From assembly GCA_017474765.1 (NCBI GenBank), contig JAFVGW010000016.1, forward strand, positions 4,775 through 68,774: a DNA stretch of 64,000 nucleotides. Reading direction: 5' to 3'. The notes under the pieces are model-generated. The model was given only the letters and a program-made list of their open reading frames with translations. It ran no database searches and was not told the origin of the DNA. This stretch comes from Salinivirgaceae bacterium (GTDB lineage Bacteria > Bacteroidota > Bacteroidia > Bacteroidales > SZUA-534). This document shows, piece by piece, positions 49,941 to 61,302 of this stretch (its first letter is position 1; every line of letters begins with the position of its first letter). Made by a program: the position numbers and the translations under genes.

Positions 49941-52900
49941 ATGATGAAACATCAATTATGGAGAAAGGCGGCTGCAATGCTGCCAACATTGTTGCTTTCA
50001 TTCTGCACAATGACACAGACTCACAGTGTGAGCGGTACCATTACAGATGAGGAGCAGCTCCCCATTCCGGGAGCAAACGTAGTCATCAAAGGGACAACGA
50101 CGGGTACAATCACCGCCGGCGATGGCAAGTTCACCTTGCAGGCCAACGACGGCGATGTGCTGCAGATTTCCTACATTGGCTACTCTACTGAAGAAATTGC
50201 CGTCAATGGTAATGGTCCTTACAACATCAGCCTCACCCCTGACCTTGTCGGTTTGGAAGAGGTTGTGGTTGTTGGTTACGGTACGCAGCGTAAAGAGGCT
50301 GTGACTGGTTCTGTGGCATCAATGAAGGGCGATGTTGTTCGCGAAATGCCGGGCTCAAACATCACCCAGTCGCTGCAAGGCCGTATTGCAGGTGTCAACA
50401 TGCAACAGACATCGTCGAAGCCGGGCGCCGAGATGCAGATTCGCGTGCGTGGTACTCGTTCGCTTAATGCCAGCAACGACCCGTTGATTGTTTTGGACGG
50501 TGTTCCGTTTGCCGGTTCACTTGGCGACATCGACCCGAACTCAATCAAGAGTATTGACATTCTGAAAGATGCATCAGCAACCGCAATTTACGGTTCGCGT
50601 GGTGCCAACGGCGTTATCCTGGTTACCACAACCAAAGGAAGTATCAACCAAGATGCTACTATAATATATAGCGGATATTACGGTGTTAAGACTGTGTTCT
50701 CGAAATACCCAATGATGAACGCCGAGCAGCTGAAAACCCTGCGCGACTACAAAGGAACATTCAAAACCAGCACAATGGAGGAAAATGACTATGCAAAAGG
50801 CACAGACACCGACTGGCAAGACGAGATGTACGACAAAGGCATGGCTACAAGCCACGACTTGTCGGTAACCGGCGGCACAAAATCGGCTGCCTACAGTTTT
50901 GGCTTTGGTTACTACCGCGAGGAAGCTGTTCTGCCTTTGCAAAACTACTCGCGCTTATCACAACGTGCCGCCATTGACCAGAAAATTGGCAAGTACATTA
51001 AGGTTGGCTTCACAAGCAACAACAACTATTCAATCACCAATGGCAACAGCATCGGTATTTACGATGTACTGGCTGCATCGCCATTGGTAAGCCCTGTTGA
51101 TGAAAACGGCAACACTCGCCGCCTTATCGACAACAACACTGTTGATGCCGGTGTTTGGATGCGCACACGCGAGACTTTGGAAAAATTGAAAGACGACGGT
51201 GAATGGGAGGACAAAAGAACAACCTATGGAACTTTCAACAGTTTTTATGCAGAATTATCAGTTCCGTATGTTGAAGGCTTGAAATACCGCGTAAACACTG
51301 GTTTGAACCTGAAATACACCCAAAACGGTTACTATCAGGGTGTTGGTGTTTTTGCACAAGATCCGGAATCAGCATCATCAGGCTCGCTTTCAAAATCACT
51401 TAACATAAACTGGGCTGTTGAGAACCTGCTGACATACGACAGAACATTTGGCGAGCATACCATTAACGCTGTCGGCTTGCTGTCGTTCGAGCGCTCACAA
51501 GACCAATCATCATCAGTTTCTGCATCGGGCATAGCATCGAAGAAATTCTTGTACTACAACCTTGCCCGCATAAACGATGAAGGCGAGACAACTGTCAATC
51601 CCGCCAGTCAAGGATACAGTGAGTCTGGTTTGAAATCAGCCATGGCACGTTTGATGTACTCTTACGACGACCGCTACATGCTGACTGTAGCCGTTCGTAA
51701 CGATAAATCCTCTCGTCTGGCCAAGAGCAAGAACTCACACACCTACCCTGCAGTATCAGTTGGTTGGAACCTTGGCCGCGAAGCGTTTATGGAAGATTTC
51801 ACTTGGTTGAACTCATTGAAATTCCGCGTTGGTTACGGCCAGACATCAAACCAGGCTGTGGCTCCGTTCAAAACTCTCGGTTTGCTTGCTTCACGCCCAT
51901 ATAACTTCGGTAATGACACTTACAGCACTGGCTACTATGTACAAGAGTTAGCCAACGACGAACTTGGCTGGGAGTATTCAGAAACGATGAACTATGGTGT
52001 TGATTTTGCATTCCTCGACCGTATCAGCGGTAGCTTTGAGTACTACGTGCAAAAGACCAACGATGTACTATTGAGCGTTAGCTTGCCCGCAACTTCGGGT
52101 GTTAGCAGTTATATGGACAACATCGGTAAGACTCAGAACAAAGGCTGGGAGTTCAACTTGAACGCAACCATCCTTGACAACTACAATGGATTCACTTGGG
52201 ATGCAGGCCTAAATATGTACAGCAACAAGAACGAACTTGTTGAACTGGCATCAGGAGCGGAGAAGGATGAAGGCAACTGCTGGTTCGTAGGTCACCCCAT
52301 CAACTCAATCTACGACTATGAGAACATTGGCTTGTGGATGCCTGAAGACTTCTACTATCAACCTGAAGGATACGATAAATCGTATGGTAAAATTCTTGAA
52401 CCAAGTGGTGACGCTGGTATGATTCGCGTGAAGTACACAGGCGATTTTGACGAGAACGGTATGCCTACCCGTGCAATTGGTCCCGAGGACCGTCAGATTA
52501 TGCACATCGACCCGAAACTGCAAGGCGGTTTCAACACCCGCTTGGAGTGGAAAGGCCTTGACCTGACTGTTATTGGCGCATTCCAGGTTGGTGGCAAACT
52601 TATCAGCACATTGCACTCTGGCAACGGCTATTTGAACCTGTTGAGCGGCCGCCGTGGCAATGTTGATGTCGACTATTTCTGGGCAGAAAGAGATAAGAAG
52701 GTAATAAAAACAGATGAAAACGGTAACTATTTGGTTCACAACAGAGACGCCAAATATCCAGACCCGAACGCACGCCGCGATGGCGACAATGCTGGTTACG
52801 CATCAACGCTTGGTTATTTCAATGCTTCGTACTGCAAAATCCGTACAATTACATTGGGCTACAACTTCAAGAACAACGGCAACAATGTCTTAGATGAGAT

Positions 52901-53120
52901 AGGCATAAAGAAGATTCGCGTTTATGGAACCATCCAGAATCCATGGGTTATTGCTTCGAAATTCAAGAAAGAGACAGGTCTTGACCCAGAGACAAACTCG
53001 TTTGGTAACCAGAACGTAGCTACTTCTACAACAGCTTACAAAGCAAGCTCAATTCTTACTGTTGGTACCAACACACCGTCGACACGTACGTTCTTAGTTG
53101 GATTAAACATAACTTTCTAA
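49941..53120 (+). CDS. SusC/RagA family TonB-dependent transporter
   Basis: LEEVVVVGYGTQRK, IDILKDASATAIYGSRGANGVILVTT, C-terminal GLNITF. Confidence 0.97.
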   Translation: MMKHQLWRKAAAMLPTLLLSFCTMTQTHSVSGTITDEEQLPIPGANVVIKGTTTGTITAGDGKFTLQANDGDVLQISYIGYSTEEIAVNGNGPYNISLTPDLVGLEEVVVVGYGTQRKEAVTGSVASMKGDVVREMPGSNITQSLQGRIAGVNMQQTSSKPGAEMQIRVRGTRSLNASNDPLIVLDGVPFAGSLGDIDPNSIKSIDILKDASATAIYGSRGANGVILVTTTKGSINQDATIIYSGYYGVKTVFSKYPMMNAEQLKTLRDYKGTFKTSTMEENDYAKGTDTDWQDEMYDKGMATSHDLSVTGGTKSAAYSFGFGYYREEAVLPLQNYSRLSQRAAIDQKIGKYIKVGFTSNNNYSITNGNSIGIYDVLAASPLVSPVDENGNTRRLIDNNTVDAGVWMRTRETLEKLKDDGEWEDKRTTYGTFNSFYAELSVPYVEGLKYRVNTGLNLKYTQNGYYQGVGVFAQDPESASSGSLSKSLNINWAVENLLTYDRTFGEHTINAVGLLSFERSQDQSSSVSASGIASKKFLYYNLARINDEGETTVNPASQGYSESGLKSAMARLMYSYDDRYMLTVAVRNDKSSRLAKSKNSHTYPAVSVGWNLGREAFMEDFTWLNSLKFRVGYGQTSNQAVAPFKTLGLLASRPYNFGNDTYSTGYYVQELANDELGWEYSETMNYGVDFAFLDRISGSFEYYVQKTNDVLLSVSLPATSGVSSYMDNIGKTQNKGWEFNLNATILDNYNGFTWDAGLNMYSNKNELVELASGAEKDEGNCWFVGHPINSIYDYENIGLWMPEDFYYQPEGYDKSYGKILEPSGDAGMIRVKYTGDFDENGMPTRAIGPEDRQIMHIDPKLQGGFNTRLEWKGLDLTVIGAFQVGGKLISTLHSGNGYLNLLSGRRGNVDVDYFWAERDKKVIKTDENGNYLVHNRDAKYPDPNARRDGDNAGYASTLGYFNASYCKIRTITLGYNFKNNGNNVLDEIGIKKIRVYGTIQNPWVIASKFKKETGLDPETNSFGNQNVATSTTAYKASSILTVGTNTPSTRTFLVGLNITF

Positions 53121-53132
53121 TCGTAAATAATT

Positions 53133-55097
53133 ATGAAACAGAATCATAAAATATCATTACTTGGTGCAGCCGCATTGGCCACACTTGCTATCTGCAGCTG
53201 CTCCGATGTGTTGGATGAGACTCCTCGTTCAACCTTTACCCTCGACTACTTCACTACCGATGAAGGCATTAAGGGTGGTCTGACCCAAATGTACGCTCAC
53301 TTACGCAATTTCTATGGTGGCTACTATTTAGCAGCCTGCGAGTGCGGTACCGACGAGTACACATGGGGACAATCTGGCGACAACAACAACAAAGACAACG
53401 ACTTCTCTGGTGTTGGCCAGATAACATCGTCAACCGCCCGTACCGATGCTCTTTGGAATCCTGCATTTATCAACATCAACACGGCGAGTGCCCTTATTGA
53501 GCAAGGCAATGCCAGCGGACTCGACGCCGCACTTGTTGCTGAAGCAAACTTCTTCCGCGCTTTCGACTATTTTCTGCTTGTTCAACACTTTGGCGGTGTG
53601 CCATTGGATTTGGGCTCGGGCGAGTTGAAATCTAACGCCGCTCCTTCGCGTAAATCGGTTCGCAACACTGTACCTGAAGTGTACACCCGCTGCATATTCC
53701 CCGATTTGACCACAGCAGTAAACGATTTGCCTGAGAACCCTCGCATTGTTGGAACTGTGACAAAAAACGTTGCACGCCTCTATCTTGCCAAGGCATATCT
53801 GACCTACGCATGGTGGCTCGAGAATCCGAAAAACATCCCGACCTACCCCGCTTGCGACCGCGTTGACCCCGACGGTAAATCGGCAGCTCAGTATTTCCAA
53901 TTGGCATACGACGTGGCAATGGATGCCATCAACAACCCAGGCCCTTACGCTTTGCAAGAGACATTCTACGATATGTGTAGAGCGTCGAACGAGCGTAACC
54001 CCGAGATGCTTCTTTGGGCCGACCACACTGCTACAAAATGGTTCTACAGCGGTTCCAGCGGCGAAGGACAGGCTAACAATTATGGCGACGACCCTGGTGC
54101 CAGTGGCTCGAACAACAACTTCTGGTTTGAAAACTGGAACTACACTGAAGTTCAGATGGCCGACGGAACCGCTACTCAGCGTATCGACCGTCAAGGCTAC
54201 GGCCGCCCGTGGACACGTATGGCTCCTACCTACAATGTGTTCAACGAGACTTTCGCCGATGTAAAAGACTCGCGCCGCGACGCAACTTTCCAAACTACTA
54301 TCCATGCTAACTGGGAAGTAGGCGCAAACGATAGTATCAGAGCAATCTTGACTCGCAAGAACGCCAACGATATGGATGTTGAGCAAGGTGGTATCATTCT
54401 CACTTTTGTACCTAAAGCAATTGACGGAACTGTATATGATAAAGCTAACGGCGCTCTTGGTTTGGGCGAAGCTCCCGGCCGTGCCGATTGGGTTGTCGAC
54501 CCGGAACATATCAGCCGCAAGATTTTCCCTGGTCCATACAAAATGAGTGGTTTCAGCCAGGAATCTAACGATGTTGATATGAAACGCCCATTCACTTCCT
54601 TGGGTGTGCCAAACGCCAACAACGTACGTCCGTACTATGTTGCCAAGTTCTCAGAGCTTTACCTTATTGCCGCCGAAGCTGCAGTTAAAGGAGCAACTGG
54701 TTCAATGTCTGCTCGCGACCTTGTAAACGTGCTGCGTGCACGTGCCGGCAAATGGAGCTACAGTGTTGCTGAAGACAAAGTTGTCAGCTTCGACTATAGT
54801 GCCGACCTTGTTGCCGCAACTCCTGCTGACATCGACATAAAATATATTCTGCTCGAGCGTTCGCGTGAGTTCTTTGGCGAAGGTTACCGCCGCCTTGACC
54901 TCATCCGCACTCAAATGTGGGAAGAGTTGGCCGGCAGCTACAAAATCTGCGGTTCGAATGTGGGTGATTGGGAACTTGAGGAATTCCAACGCGAAATCAA
55001 ACCGGAGTACTACCTCTCGCCCATTCCAATCGGCCAGCTTGATGGTTTGGAAATGAGCACAGAAGAGAAAGCTGCTTACCAGAATCCGGGATATTAA
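53133..55097 (+). CDS. SusD/RagB family lipoprotein
   Basis: Lipobox CSCSD, AEANFFRA, ELYLIAAEA, LERSREFFGEGYR, QNPGY end. Confidence 0.95.
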   Translation: MKQNHKISLLGAAALATLAICSCSDVLDETPRSTFTLDYFTTDEGIKGGLTQMYAHLRNFYGGYYLAACECGTDEYTWGQSGDNNNKDNDFSGVGQITSSTARTDALWNPAFININTASALIEQGNASGLDAALVAEANFFRAFDYFLLVQHFGGVPLDLGSGELKSNAAPSRKSVRNTVPEVYTRCIFPDLTTAVNDLPENPRIVGTVTKNVARLYLAKAYLTYAWWLENPKNIPTYPACDRVDPDGKSAAQYFQLAYDVAMDAINNPGPYALQETFYDMCRASNERNPEMLLWADHTATKWFYSGSSGEGQANNYGDDPGASGSNNNFWFENWNYTEVQMADGTATQRIDRQGYGRPWTRMAPTYNVFNETFADVKDSRRDATFQTTIHANWEVGANDSIRAILTRKNANDMDVEQGGIILTFVPKAIDGTVYDKANGALGLGEAPGRADWVVDPEHISRKIFPGPYKMSGFSQESNDVDMKRPFTSLGVPNANNVRPYYVAKFSELYLIAAEAAVKGATGSMSARDLVNVLRARAGKWSYSVAEDKVVSFDYSADLVAATPADIDIKYILLERSREFFGEGYRRLDLIRTQMWEELAGSYKICGSNVGDWELEEFQREIKPEYYLSPIPIGQLDGLEMSTEEKAAYQNPGY

Positions 55098-55173
55098 TAG
55101 AAACTATTTCATCATTTATAAAAGTTTCCCGATTAGAGTTGTTAGTAGTTCCTGCCTTTCAGCAGGAACTAAG

Positions 55174-55208
55174 GAAGGCCGGCCTGGCGGCCGGCCTTCT
55201 ATTTTTTT
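55174..55208 (+). terminator. Terminator after the SusD gene
   Basis: GAAGGCCGGCC...GGCCGGCCTTC plus T-run; a second hairpin AGTTCCTGC..GCAGGAACT lies just upstream. Confidence 0.8.
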
Positions 55209-55301
55209 ATCTGTCAGCAATGAATGATAGGCTCGTAATAATTGCAGAATCGTATTATCTTTATGCGTTTTCCAGAAGCGGATAATTATTGGCGAAAATA
55301 T

Positions 55302-58300
55302 ATGGCAAAAAAACTGATTCTGACGTATGTGACAATGTTGTTGCTGACATTCGGCGGCACTGTCTGCAAGGGCGCATCGCCAATATTTCATAATGTCAAC
55401 AGCCTGTACAACATATCGATACGTGAGACCAACTCCGTCTGCAAAGATGCCGACGGTTTTGTGTGGGTATCGTCGAAGATGGGCATTCTGCGGTTTGCCA
55501 GCCACAACTACTGCATCTATCAACTACCCTATTCTGAGCACAACGCTCTGACTGTCAGACTTGAATGCCGCGGAAACATGCTGGTGGCATACTGCAATTC
55601 GGGGCAGATTTTTGTCTACAACCGCATTGCCGACCAGTTTGAACCGCTTTCCAACCTGACCAGCTTTATGATTAATAAGCAGCAGATTGTCTACAAGATT
55701 GCCATCGACGCGAAGCAGAATCTGTGGATTGGCACATCAAACGGATTTTACAAATACACTGGCGACCAGATTTTGACCATTGAAAGCGAAGGCGCATTCT
55801 TCAATCTGGAATGGTTCTCTGACAACAATTTGATTTTGGCTGAAAGGAACAAATTGGAAATCATCGACACTGGCGCCCCCGATGCACAACCGCACGACAT
55901 CGGCGCAAGCCTGCCGCCAAGCATCAAAACCAGTCTGCTGTGCGACACTCGCCGCAACCGTCTCTGGATTGGCACCAAAACCGACGGACTACTGCGATTA
56001 GACTTAACCGACCATACAGCAACTGCGATTGACGGCATTCCCAAACTGCCAGTTCTGGCACTCAGGCAGTTCAACGACAGCACTCTGCTTGCCGGAATCG
56101 ACGGACACGGAATCTGTGCAATTGATATTGAGTCGGGACAAATAAAAAACATCTACCAGAACGACCGCAACAATCCGCAATCGCTTGCCAGCAACGGCGT
56201 GTACGACATTCTGTGTGACCCTGGGAAACGAGTATGGGTTTGCACCTACGACGACGGTGTGCTGTTCAGCAACATCGAGTCGAAAAACGTCACGCAGCAC
56301 CAGCACCTCATCAACAACGACAACTCGATAAAAGACAACCATGTGAACGACGTCTGCGAAGATGCTGACGGCAACCTGTGGTTCGCAACAAACAATGGTA
56401 TCTGTCGCTACAATCCGCTGACCGACAAATGGATGCATACACTGACCGACAAACACGAAAACACGAATGTCTTTCTGTCGGTCTGCGCCGATTCTGACGG
56501 CAGAATTTGGGCTGGCACCTACTCATCAGGGCTTTACGTACTCGACCGCAACGGAAAGATTGTGACTCACTACTCAAGCACCAGTCACGGCACTTATAAC
56601 AACGATTTTGTATTCAGTCTGCTGAACGACAGCAACAACGACATGTGGATTGGCGGCACCAACAACGACATTTTCCGCTACAACCGCCGCAGCCGCAATT
56701 TCAGCCGATTCGACTACGTACCTGTAAACACGTTTGCCGAACTCGACAGCGCAAATATGCTATTGGGCTGCACCAGCGGACTTTTCAAACTTAACAAGAC
56801 AACTGGCGACAGAAATGTCTTGATTGACAGCTGCATAGTGAACGACATTCTGGTTCGTGGCGACACAATTTGGGTGGCAACCCACGGCAACGGACTGCTG
56901 AGCATAAACAGAAATGGCGAAACAACAGCGCATTACGATATGCGCGACGGACTGCCGTCGGATTTTGTAACAAGCCTGCTCTACAGCAGCGGCCATCTTT
57001 GGATTGGCACAGAAACAGGACTTTGCAAATTCGCCCCTTCGAGCGGAAAATCTTACATTTTCCCATCAACACCCCAGCTTTCGGCATCGTTCAACCGACA
57101 TGCTGCCACTGTGATGAGCAACGGCGACCTGGTTTGGGGCACCAACAGCGGCGCAGTATGCCTCAATCCCAATTTCGAGCCCGACGAGCAAGCTATCGGC
57201 AAAATATTCATTCAAGACATCATTGTTGCGGGAAGTTCGATTCGCAACAAGGCCGACATGACAGGCAACATGCCAATAAACCAGCTTAACAATCTGAAAC
57301 TCAACTACACACAAAACACCGTCAAAGTTGAGTTAGAAGCTCTGGGGCGGATTGTCGGGCCACGTTTTGCCTGGAAAATGGACGGACTCGACGCCGACTG
57401 GAACCTGCCAACAACTCAGAACATCATTTCGTACCCCAACCTTCCGTCGAGTAGTTTCAATCTGATTATCAGGCTTTACGACAACACAATGTCGTACATC
57501 ATTGACGAGCGGGAACTGAAAATAACCGTAAAACCAGCTTTTTGGCGCACATGGCAATTCATCGCCATCTGCTACATTCTGGCAGCGGCAATAATCTTTA
57601 CCTTCTTAATGCGCTATATATCAGAGATGAAACGCCGCCACAGCGAAGACAAAATCCGTTTTTTCGCCAACACTGCCCACGAGATGCGCACATCGCTGAT
57701 GCTGATAAAAGCGCCAATCGATGAACTATCAAAAGAAACCGGTCTCAGCAAGCATGGTGAGAAAAACCTTGAAATAGCATCACAACAGGCGCGTCAGCTA
57801 TCGGCAGTAGTAACGCAGCTGATGGATTTTCAAAAGGCCGACATCGGAAAAGATTACCTGAAATTGGTTGATACCGAAATGGTTGCGTTTGTAAACCAAA
57901 AGGTTCAGATGTTTGAGTCGCTTGCACTGAAAAACAACTCACCCATCACATTTGAACACAATACCGAAAGCCTAATCACTGCCATCGACATCGATATGAT
58001 TGGCAAGGTGATTGATAATCTGCTGTCGAACGCCATAAAATATTCGCCCAACGGCGGCAAAATAACCGTCAGATTGCTAAGCGGCATTGCAGTGTGGCGG
58101 CTGCAAGTGACCGACAATGGCATTGGCATCAGCGATAGCGAGCAGCGCCACCTTTTCCGCGAGTTCTACCGAAGCGAGAACGCAGTGAACTCAAAGGTGA
58201 TTGGCTCCGGAATCGGTCTGATGCTGGTGAAAAGCTACGTTGAGCTGCACGGCGGAAGCGTAGGATGCATGAGCCGACTAAGCCAAGGTTCTACATTCAC

Positions 58301-59156
58301 AGTTGAGATTCCGATGGCAACCGTTGGCACAAAACCTGTAAAACAGCCAAGCAAGAAGCAAACAACCAAGAATGAGCCTGATACAACTGTGCAAGCCGAC
58401 ATCACCCTTCTGATTGTTGAAGACAACGACAATCTGCTGCAGTTTATGAACGACACTCTGGCCGACGAGTTCAACATTCTGACGGCAACAAACGGCAGCA
58501 ATGCCTGGCAGACCATTCTGCAACAGCAGCCCGACATTGTTGTTTCCGACGTTATGATGCCCGAAATGGATGGTTTTGAACTCTGCCGCCTGCTGAAATC
58601 AACCTTTGAGACGGCTCATATCCCAATCATCCTCCTCACTGCCCTGTCGGGACGCGCCGAACAGCTGCAAGGCCTTGGACTGGGTGCCGACGACTACCTA
58701 ACAAAACCATTTGACATGGACATTCTGCGGCTGCGCTTGAAAACTCTGGTCCACAACCGGCAACTGACCAAATCAAAGATTATCAACAGTCTGTCGCACG
58801 GAACGCCTGTGGAGTTGGGCAACAAGCAGAACGACGACTTTGTTCAGAAACTCCACATTACAGTAAAGAACAATATGGGCAACAGCGATTTCGACAAGGA
58901 GCAGTTTGCCGCCGCAATGAACGTCAGTTCGTCGCTGTTATACAAGAAGATAAAGGCGCTGACCGACCTCTCGCCCACCGATTTCATAAAAACCGCACGA
59001 CTTGAGTACGCACAGGAACTGCTAAAGTCACAACACTACAACATCACTGAAATCAGCGAGATGTGCGGTTTTGCCAGCCCTGCCTACTTCAGCACCGTTT
59101 ACAAAAAGCAGTTCGGTGTTCCGCCGTCAGATTATCAGCATACCAACGCTGACTGA
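55302..59156 (+). CDS. Hybrid two-component system sensor/regulator (beta-propeller, HisKA, HATPase, REC, AraC)
   Basis: GNLWFAT repeats, FFANTAHEMRT, NLLSNAIKY, GSGIGL, SDVMMPEMDG, GFASPAYFSTVYKKQFG. Confidence 0.95.
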   Translation: MAKKLILTYVTMLLLTFGGTVCKGASPIFHNVNSLYNISIRETNSVCKDADGFVWVSSKMGILRFASHNYCIYQLPYSEHNALTVRLECRGNMLVAYCNSGQIFVYNRIADQFEPLSNLTSFMINKQQIVYKIAIDAKQNLWIGTSNGFYKYTGDQILTIESEGAFFNLEWFSDNNLILAERNKLEIIDTGAPDAQPHDIGASLPPSIKTSLLCDTRRNRLWIGTKTDGLLRLDLTDHTATAIDGIPKLPVLALRQFNDSTLLAGIDGHGICAIDIESGQIKNIYQNDRNNPQSLASNGVYDILCDPGKRVWVCTYDDGVLFSNIESKNVTQHQHLINNDNSIKDNHVNDVCEDADGNLWFATNNGICRYNPLTDKWMHTLTDKHENTNVFLSVCADSDGRIWAGTYSSGLYVLDRNGKIVTHYSSTSHGTYNNDFVFSLLNDSNNDMWIGGTNNDIFRYNRRSRNFSRFDYVPVNTFAELDSANMLLGCTSGLFKLNKTTGDRNVLIDSCIVNDILVRGDTIWVATHGNGLLSINRNGETTAHYDMRDGLPSDFVTSLLYSSGHLWIGTETGLCKFAPSSGKSYIFPSTPQLSASFNRHAATVMSNGDLVWGTNSGAVCLNPNFEPDEQAIGKIFIQDIIVAGSSIRNKADMTGNMPINQLNNLKLNYTQNTVKVELEALGRIVGPRFAWKMDGLDADWNLPTTQNIISYPNLPSSSFNLIIRLYDNTMSYIIDERELKITVKPAFWRTWQFIAICYILAAAIIFTFLMRYISEMKRRHSEDKIRFFANTAHEMRTSLMLIKAPIDELSKETGLSKHGEKNLEIASQQARQLSAVVTQLMDFQKADIGKDYLKLVDTEMVAFVNQKVQMFESLALKNNSPITFEHNTESLITAIDIDMIGKVIDNLLSNAIKYSPNGGKITVRLLSGIAVWRLQVTDNGIGISDSEQRHLFREFYRSENAVNSKVIGSGIGLMLVKSYVELHGGSVGCMSRLSQGSTFTVEIPMATVGTKPVKQPSKKQTTKNEPDTTVQADITLLIVEDNDNLLQFMNDTLADEFNILTATNGSNAWQTILQQQPDIVVSDVMMPEMDGFELCRLLKSTFETAHIPIILLTALSGRAEQLQGLGLGADDYLTKPFDMDILRLRLKTLVHNRQLTKSKIINSLSHGTPVELGNKQNDDFVQKLHITVKNNMGNSDFDKEQFAAAMNVSSSLLYKKIKALTDLSPTDFIKTARLEYAQELLKSQHYNITEISEMCGFASPAYFSTVYKKQFGVPPSDYQHTNAD

Positions 59157-59351
59157 CATTGGCATTTGTCGTCACGCTGAGCATCGCCACTACTTCACCA
59201 TTTCATTTTTTTGAAAAAAATCGCAGCCTTTTTCGGTTTTGCACGCTTTTTGTACAACATTGCGCCGTCGGTTTCGAAAACCGGCTGATTGGTATGTTGC
59301 GGCTGCTTTCCGCGGGCGTGGCAAAACATTGAATCACATAATAATAAATAT

Positions 59352-60224
59352 ATGAAAGGACTAAAAATCATTGTCTTGGCCAAACAGGTGCCCGACACCC
59401 GCAACATTGGCAAAGACGCTATGAAAGAGGACGGAACTGTGAACCGTGCCGCCCTACCGGCTATTTTCAACCCCGAAGACCTGAACGCTCTTGAGCAGGC
59501 TCTGCGGCTGAAAGACCAGTTCCCCGGAACCGAAATCACTATGCTGACTATGGGCCCGGGACGTGCAAACGAGATTCTGCGCGAAGGTATCTACCGCGGT
59601 GCCGACGACGGAATCCTGCTCACCGACCGCGCCTTTGCCGGTGCCGACACGCTTGCCACTTCTTACGCTCTGTCGTGCGCCATTCGCCGCATTAAAGACT
59701 TCGACGTTATCATTTGCGGACGCCAGGCTATCGACGGCGACACCGCTCAGGTTGGCCCGCAAGTTGCCGAAAAACTCAATATTCCGCAAATCACATACGC
59801 CGAGGAGATTGTGGCTGCCGACGACAAGAAAATCCGCGTTAAGCGCCGTCTTGAGCGCGGTGTTGAGACCGTTGAGTGCCAATATCCCGTGCTGGTAACG
59901 GTGAACGGCTCGGCAGCACCCTGCCGCCCGCGCAACGCAAAACGCCTGATGAAGTACAAAAAAGCCACAGGCAAGAGCGAGCGCGCCAACAACGAGGCTC
60001 TCGAGAAACTGGTTGCCGCAAAACCTTATCTCGACATTAACGAGTGGACAGTGAACGACATTGAGTGCGATGTGAACCAACTCGGTCTGGCAGGCTCGCC
60101 AACCAAAGTGAAACAAATCGAGAACATTGTCTTCCAGGCCAAAGAAGCCAAAGTCTTGGGTAACAGCGACGCTGAAATCGACGACCTGATGAAAGAACTG
60201 ATTGCAAACCACACTATTGGTTAA
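59352..60224 (+). CDS. etfB: Electron transfer flavoprotein beta subunit
   Basis: KQVPDT, DRAFAGADTLAT, GRQAIDGDTAQVGP. Confidence 0.95.
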   Translation: MKGLKIIVLAKQVPDTRNIGKDAMKEDGTVNRAALPAIFNPEDLNALEQALRLKDQFPGTEITMLTMGPGRANEILREGIYRGADDGILLTDRAFAGADTLATSYALSCAIRRIKDFDVIICGRQAIDGDTAQVGPQVAEKLNIPQITYAEEIVAADDKKIRVKRRLERGVETVECQYPVLVTVNGSAAPCRPRNAKRLMKYKKATGKSERANNEALEKLVAAKPYLDINEWTVNDIECDVNQLGLAGSPTKVKQIENIVFQAKEAKVLGNSDAEIDDLMKELIANHTIG

Positions 60225-60271
60225 TGTGTTGGCAATCAATGATATTTAAGAATCAGTAAACACAAAAACAG

Positions 60272-61291
60272 ATGAACAACATTATAGTATATTGCGAATT
60301 TGAAGATGGCCGCGTTGCCGACGTAAGCCTTGAACTGCTTACCAAAGGCCGCAAACTGGCCAACAAACTCAACTGCAAACTCGAGGCGCTCATTATCGGT
60401 GCAAACCTTGACGGCGTTGAGAAACAGGTGTTCCCCTACGGCGTCGACACAGTCTATCTGGCTGCCGACAAGCGTCTGGAGCACTATCAGACACTGCCCC
60501 ACACGTCAATCGTCTGCAAACTGTTTGAGGAGCAGAAACCGCAAATCGCCTTTATGGGCGCAACCACCGTTGGCCGCGACCTTGGCCCGCGCGTGTCGTC
60601 GAAACTGCACAGCGGCCTGACCGCCGACTGCACCAACCTTGAAATCGGCCCGCACACCGACGTGAAGACAGGCAAGAGTTACGAGGACCTTCTCTATCAG
60701 ATTCGTCCCGCATTCGGTGGCAACATTATCGCCACAATCGTCAACCCCGAGTGCCGCCCGCAGATGGCCACCGTTCGCGAAGGCGTGATGAAAAAAGAGA
60801 TTTTCAAGGCCGACTACAAGGGCGAGGTTGTCAAACTCGATGTAAACAAATACGTTAGCGCCACTGATTTCGCCGTCAGCATTATCGACCGCCAGATTGA
60901 AAAATCGAAAATCAACATTAAAGGCTCGCCGATAATCGTGTCGGGCGGCTACGGTGTGGGCTCGAAAGAGAACTTCCAACTGCTGTTCGATTTCGCGTCG
61001 CTAATCAACGCCGAAGTGGGCGCAAGCCGCGCAGCCGTTGACGCAGGTTGGGTTGAGCACGAGCGTCAGATTGGCCAGACAGGCGTAACCGTCCGTCCGA
61101 AACTCTACATTGCCTGCGGCATATCGGGCCAAATCCAGCACATTGCAGGAATGCAGGAGTCGAGTATGATTATCTCAATCAACAGCGACCCCAACGCCCC
61201 AATCAACAAAATTGCCGACTACGTGATTACAGGCACCATTGAGGACGTTCTGCCGAAATTGATTAAGTATTACAAACAGAACTCTAAATAA
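60272..61291 (+). CDS. etfA: Electron transfer flavoprotein alpha subunit
   Basis: GLTADCT, RPAFGGN, QIGQTG, GISGQIQH. Confidence 0.95.
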   Translation: MNNIIVYCEFEDGRVADVSLELLTKGRKLANKLNCKLEALIIGANLDGVEKQVFPYGVDTVYLAADKRLEHYQTLPHTSIVCKLFEEQKPQIAFMGATTVGRDLGPRVSSKLHSGLTADCTNLEIGPHTDVKTGKSYEDLLYQIRPAFGGNIIATIVNPECRPQMATVREGVMKKEIFKADYKGEVVKLDVNKYVSATDFAVSIIDRQIEKSKINIKGSPIIVSGGYGVGSKENFQLLFDFASLINAEVGASRAAVDAGWVEHERQIGQTGVTVRPKLYIACGISGQIQHIAGMQESSMIISINSDPNAPINKIADYVITGTIEDVLPKLIKYYKQNSK

Positions 61292-61302
61292 ATCAGACAA
61301 TT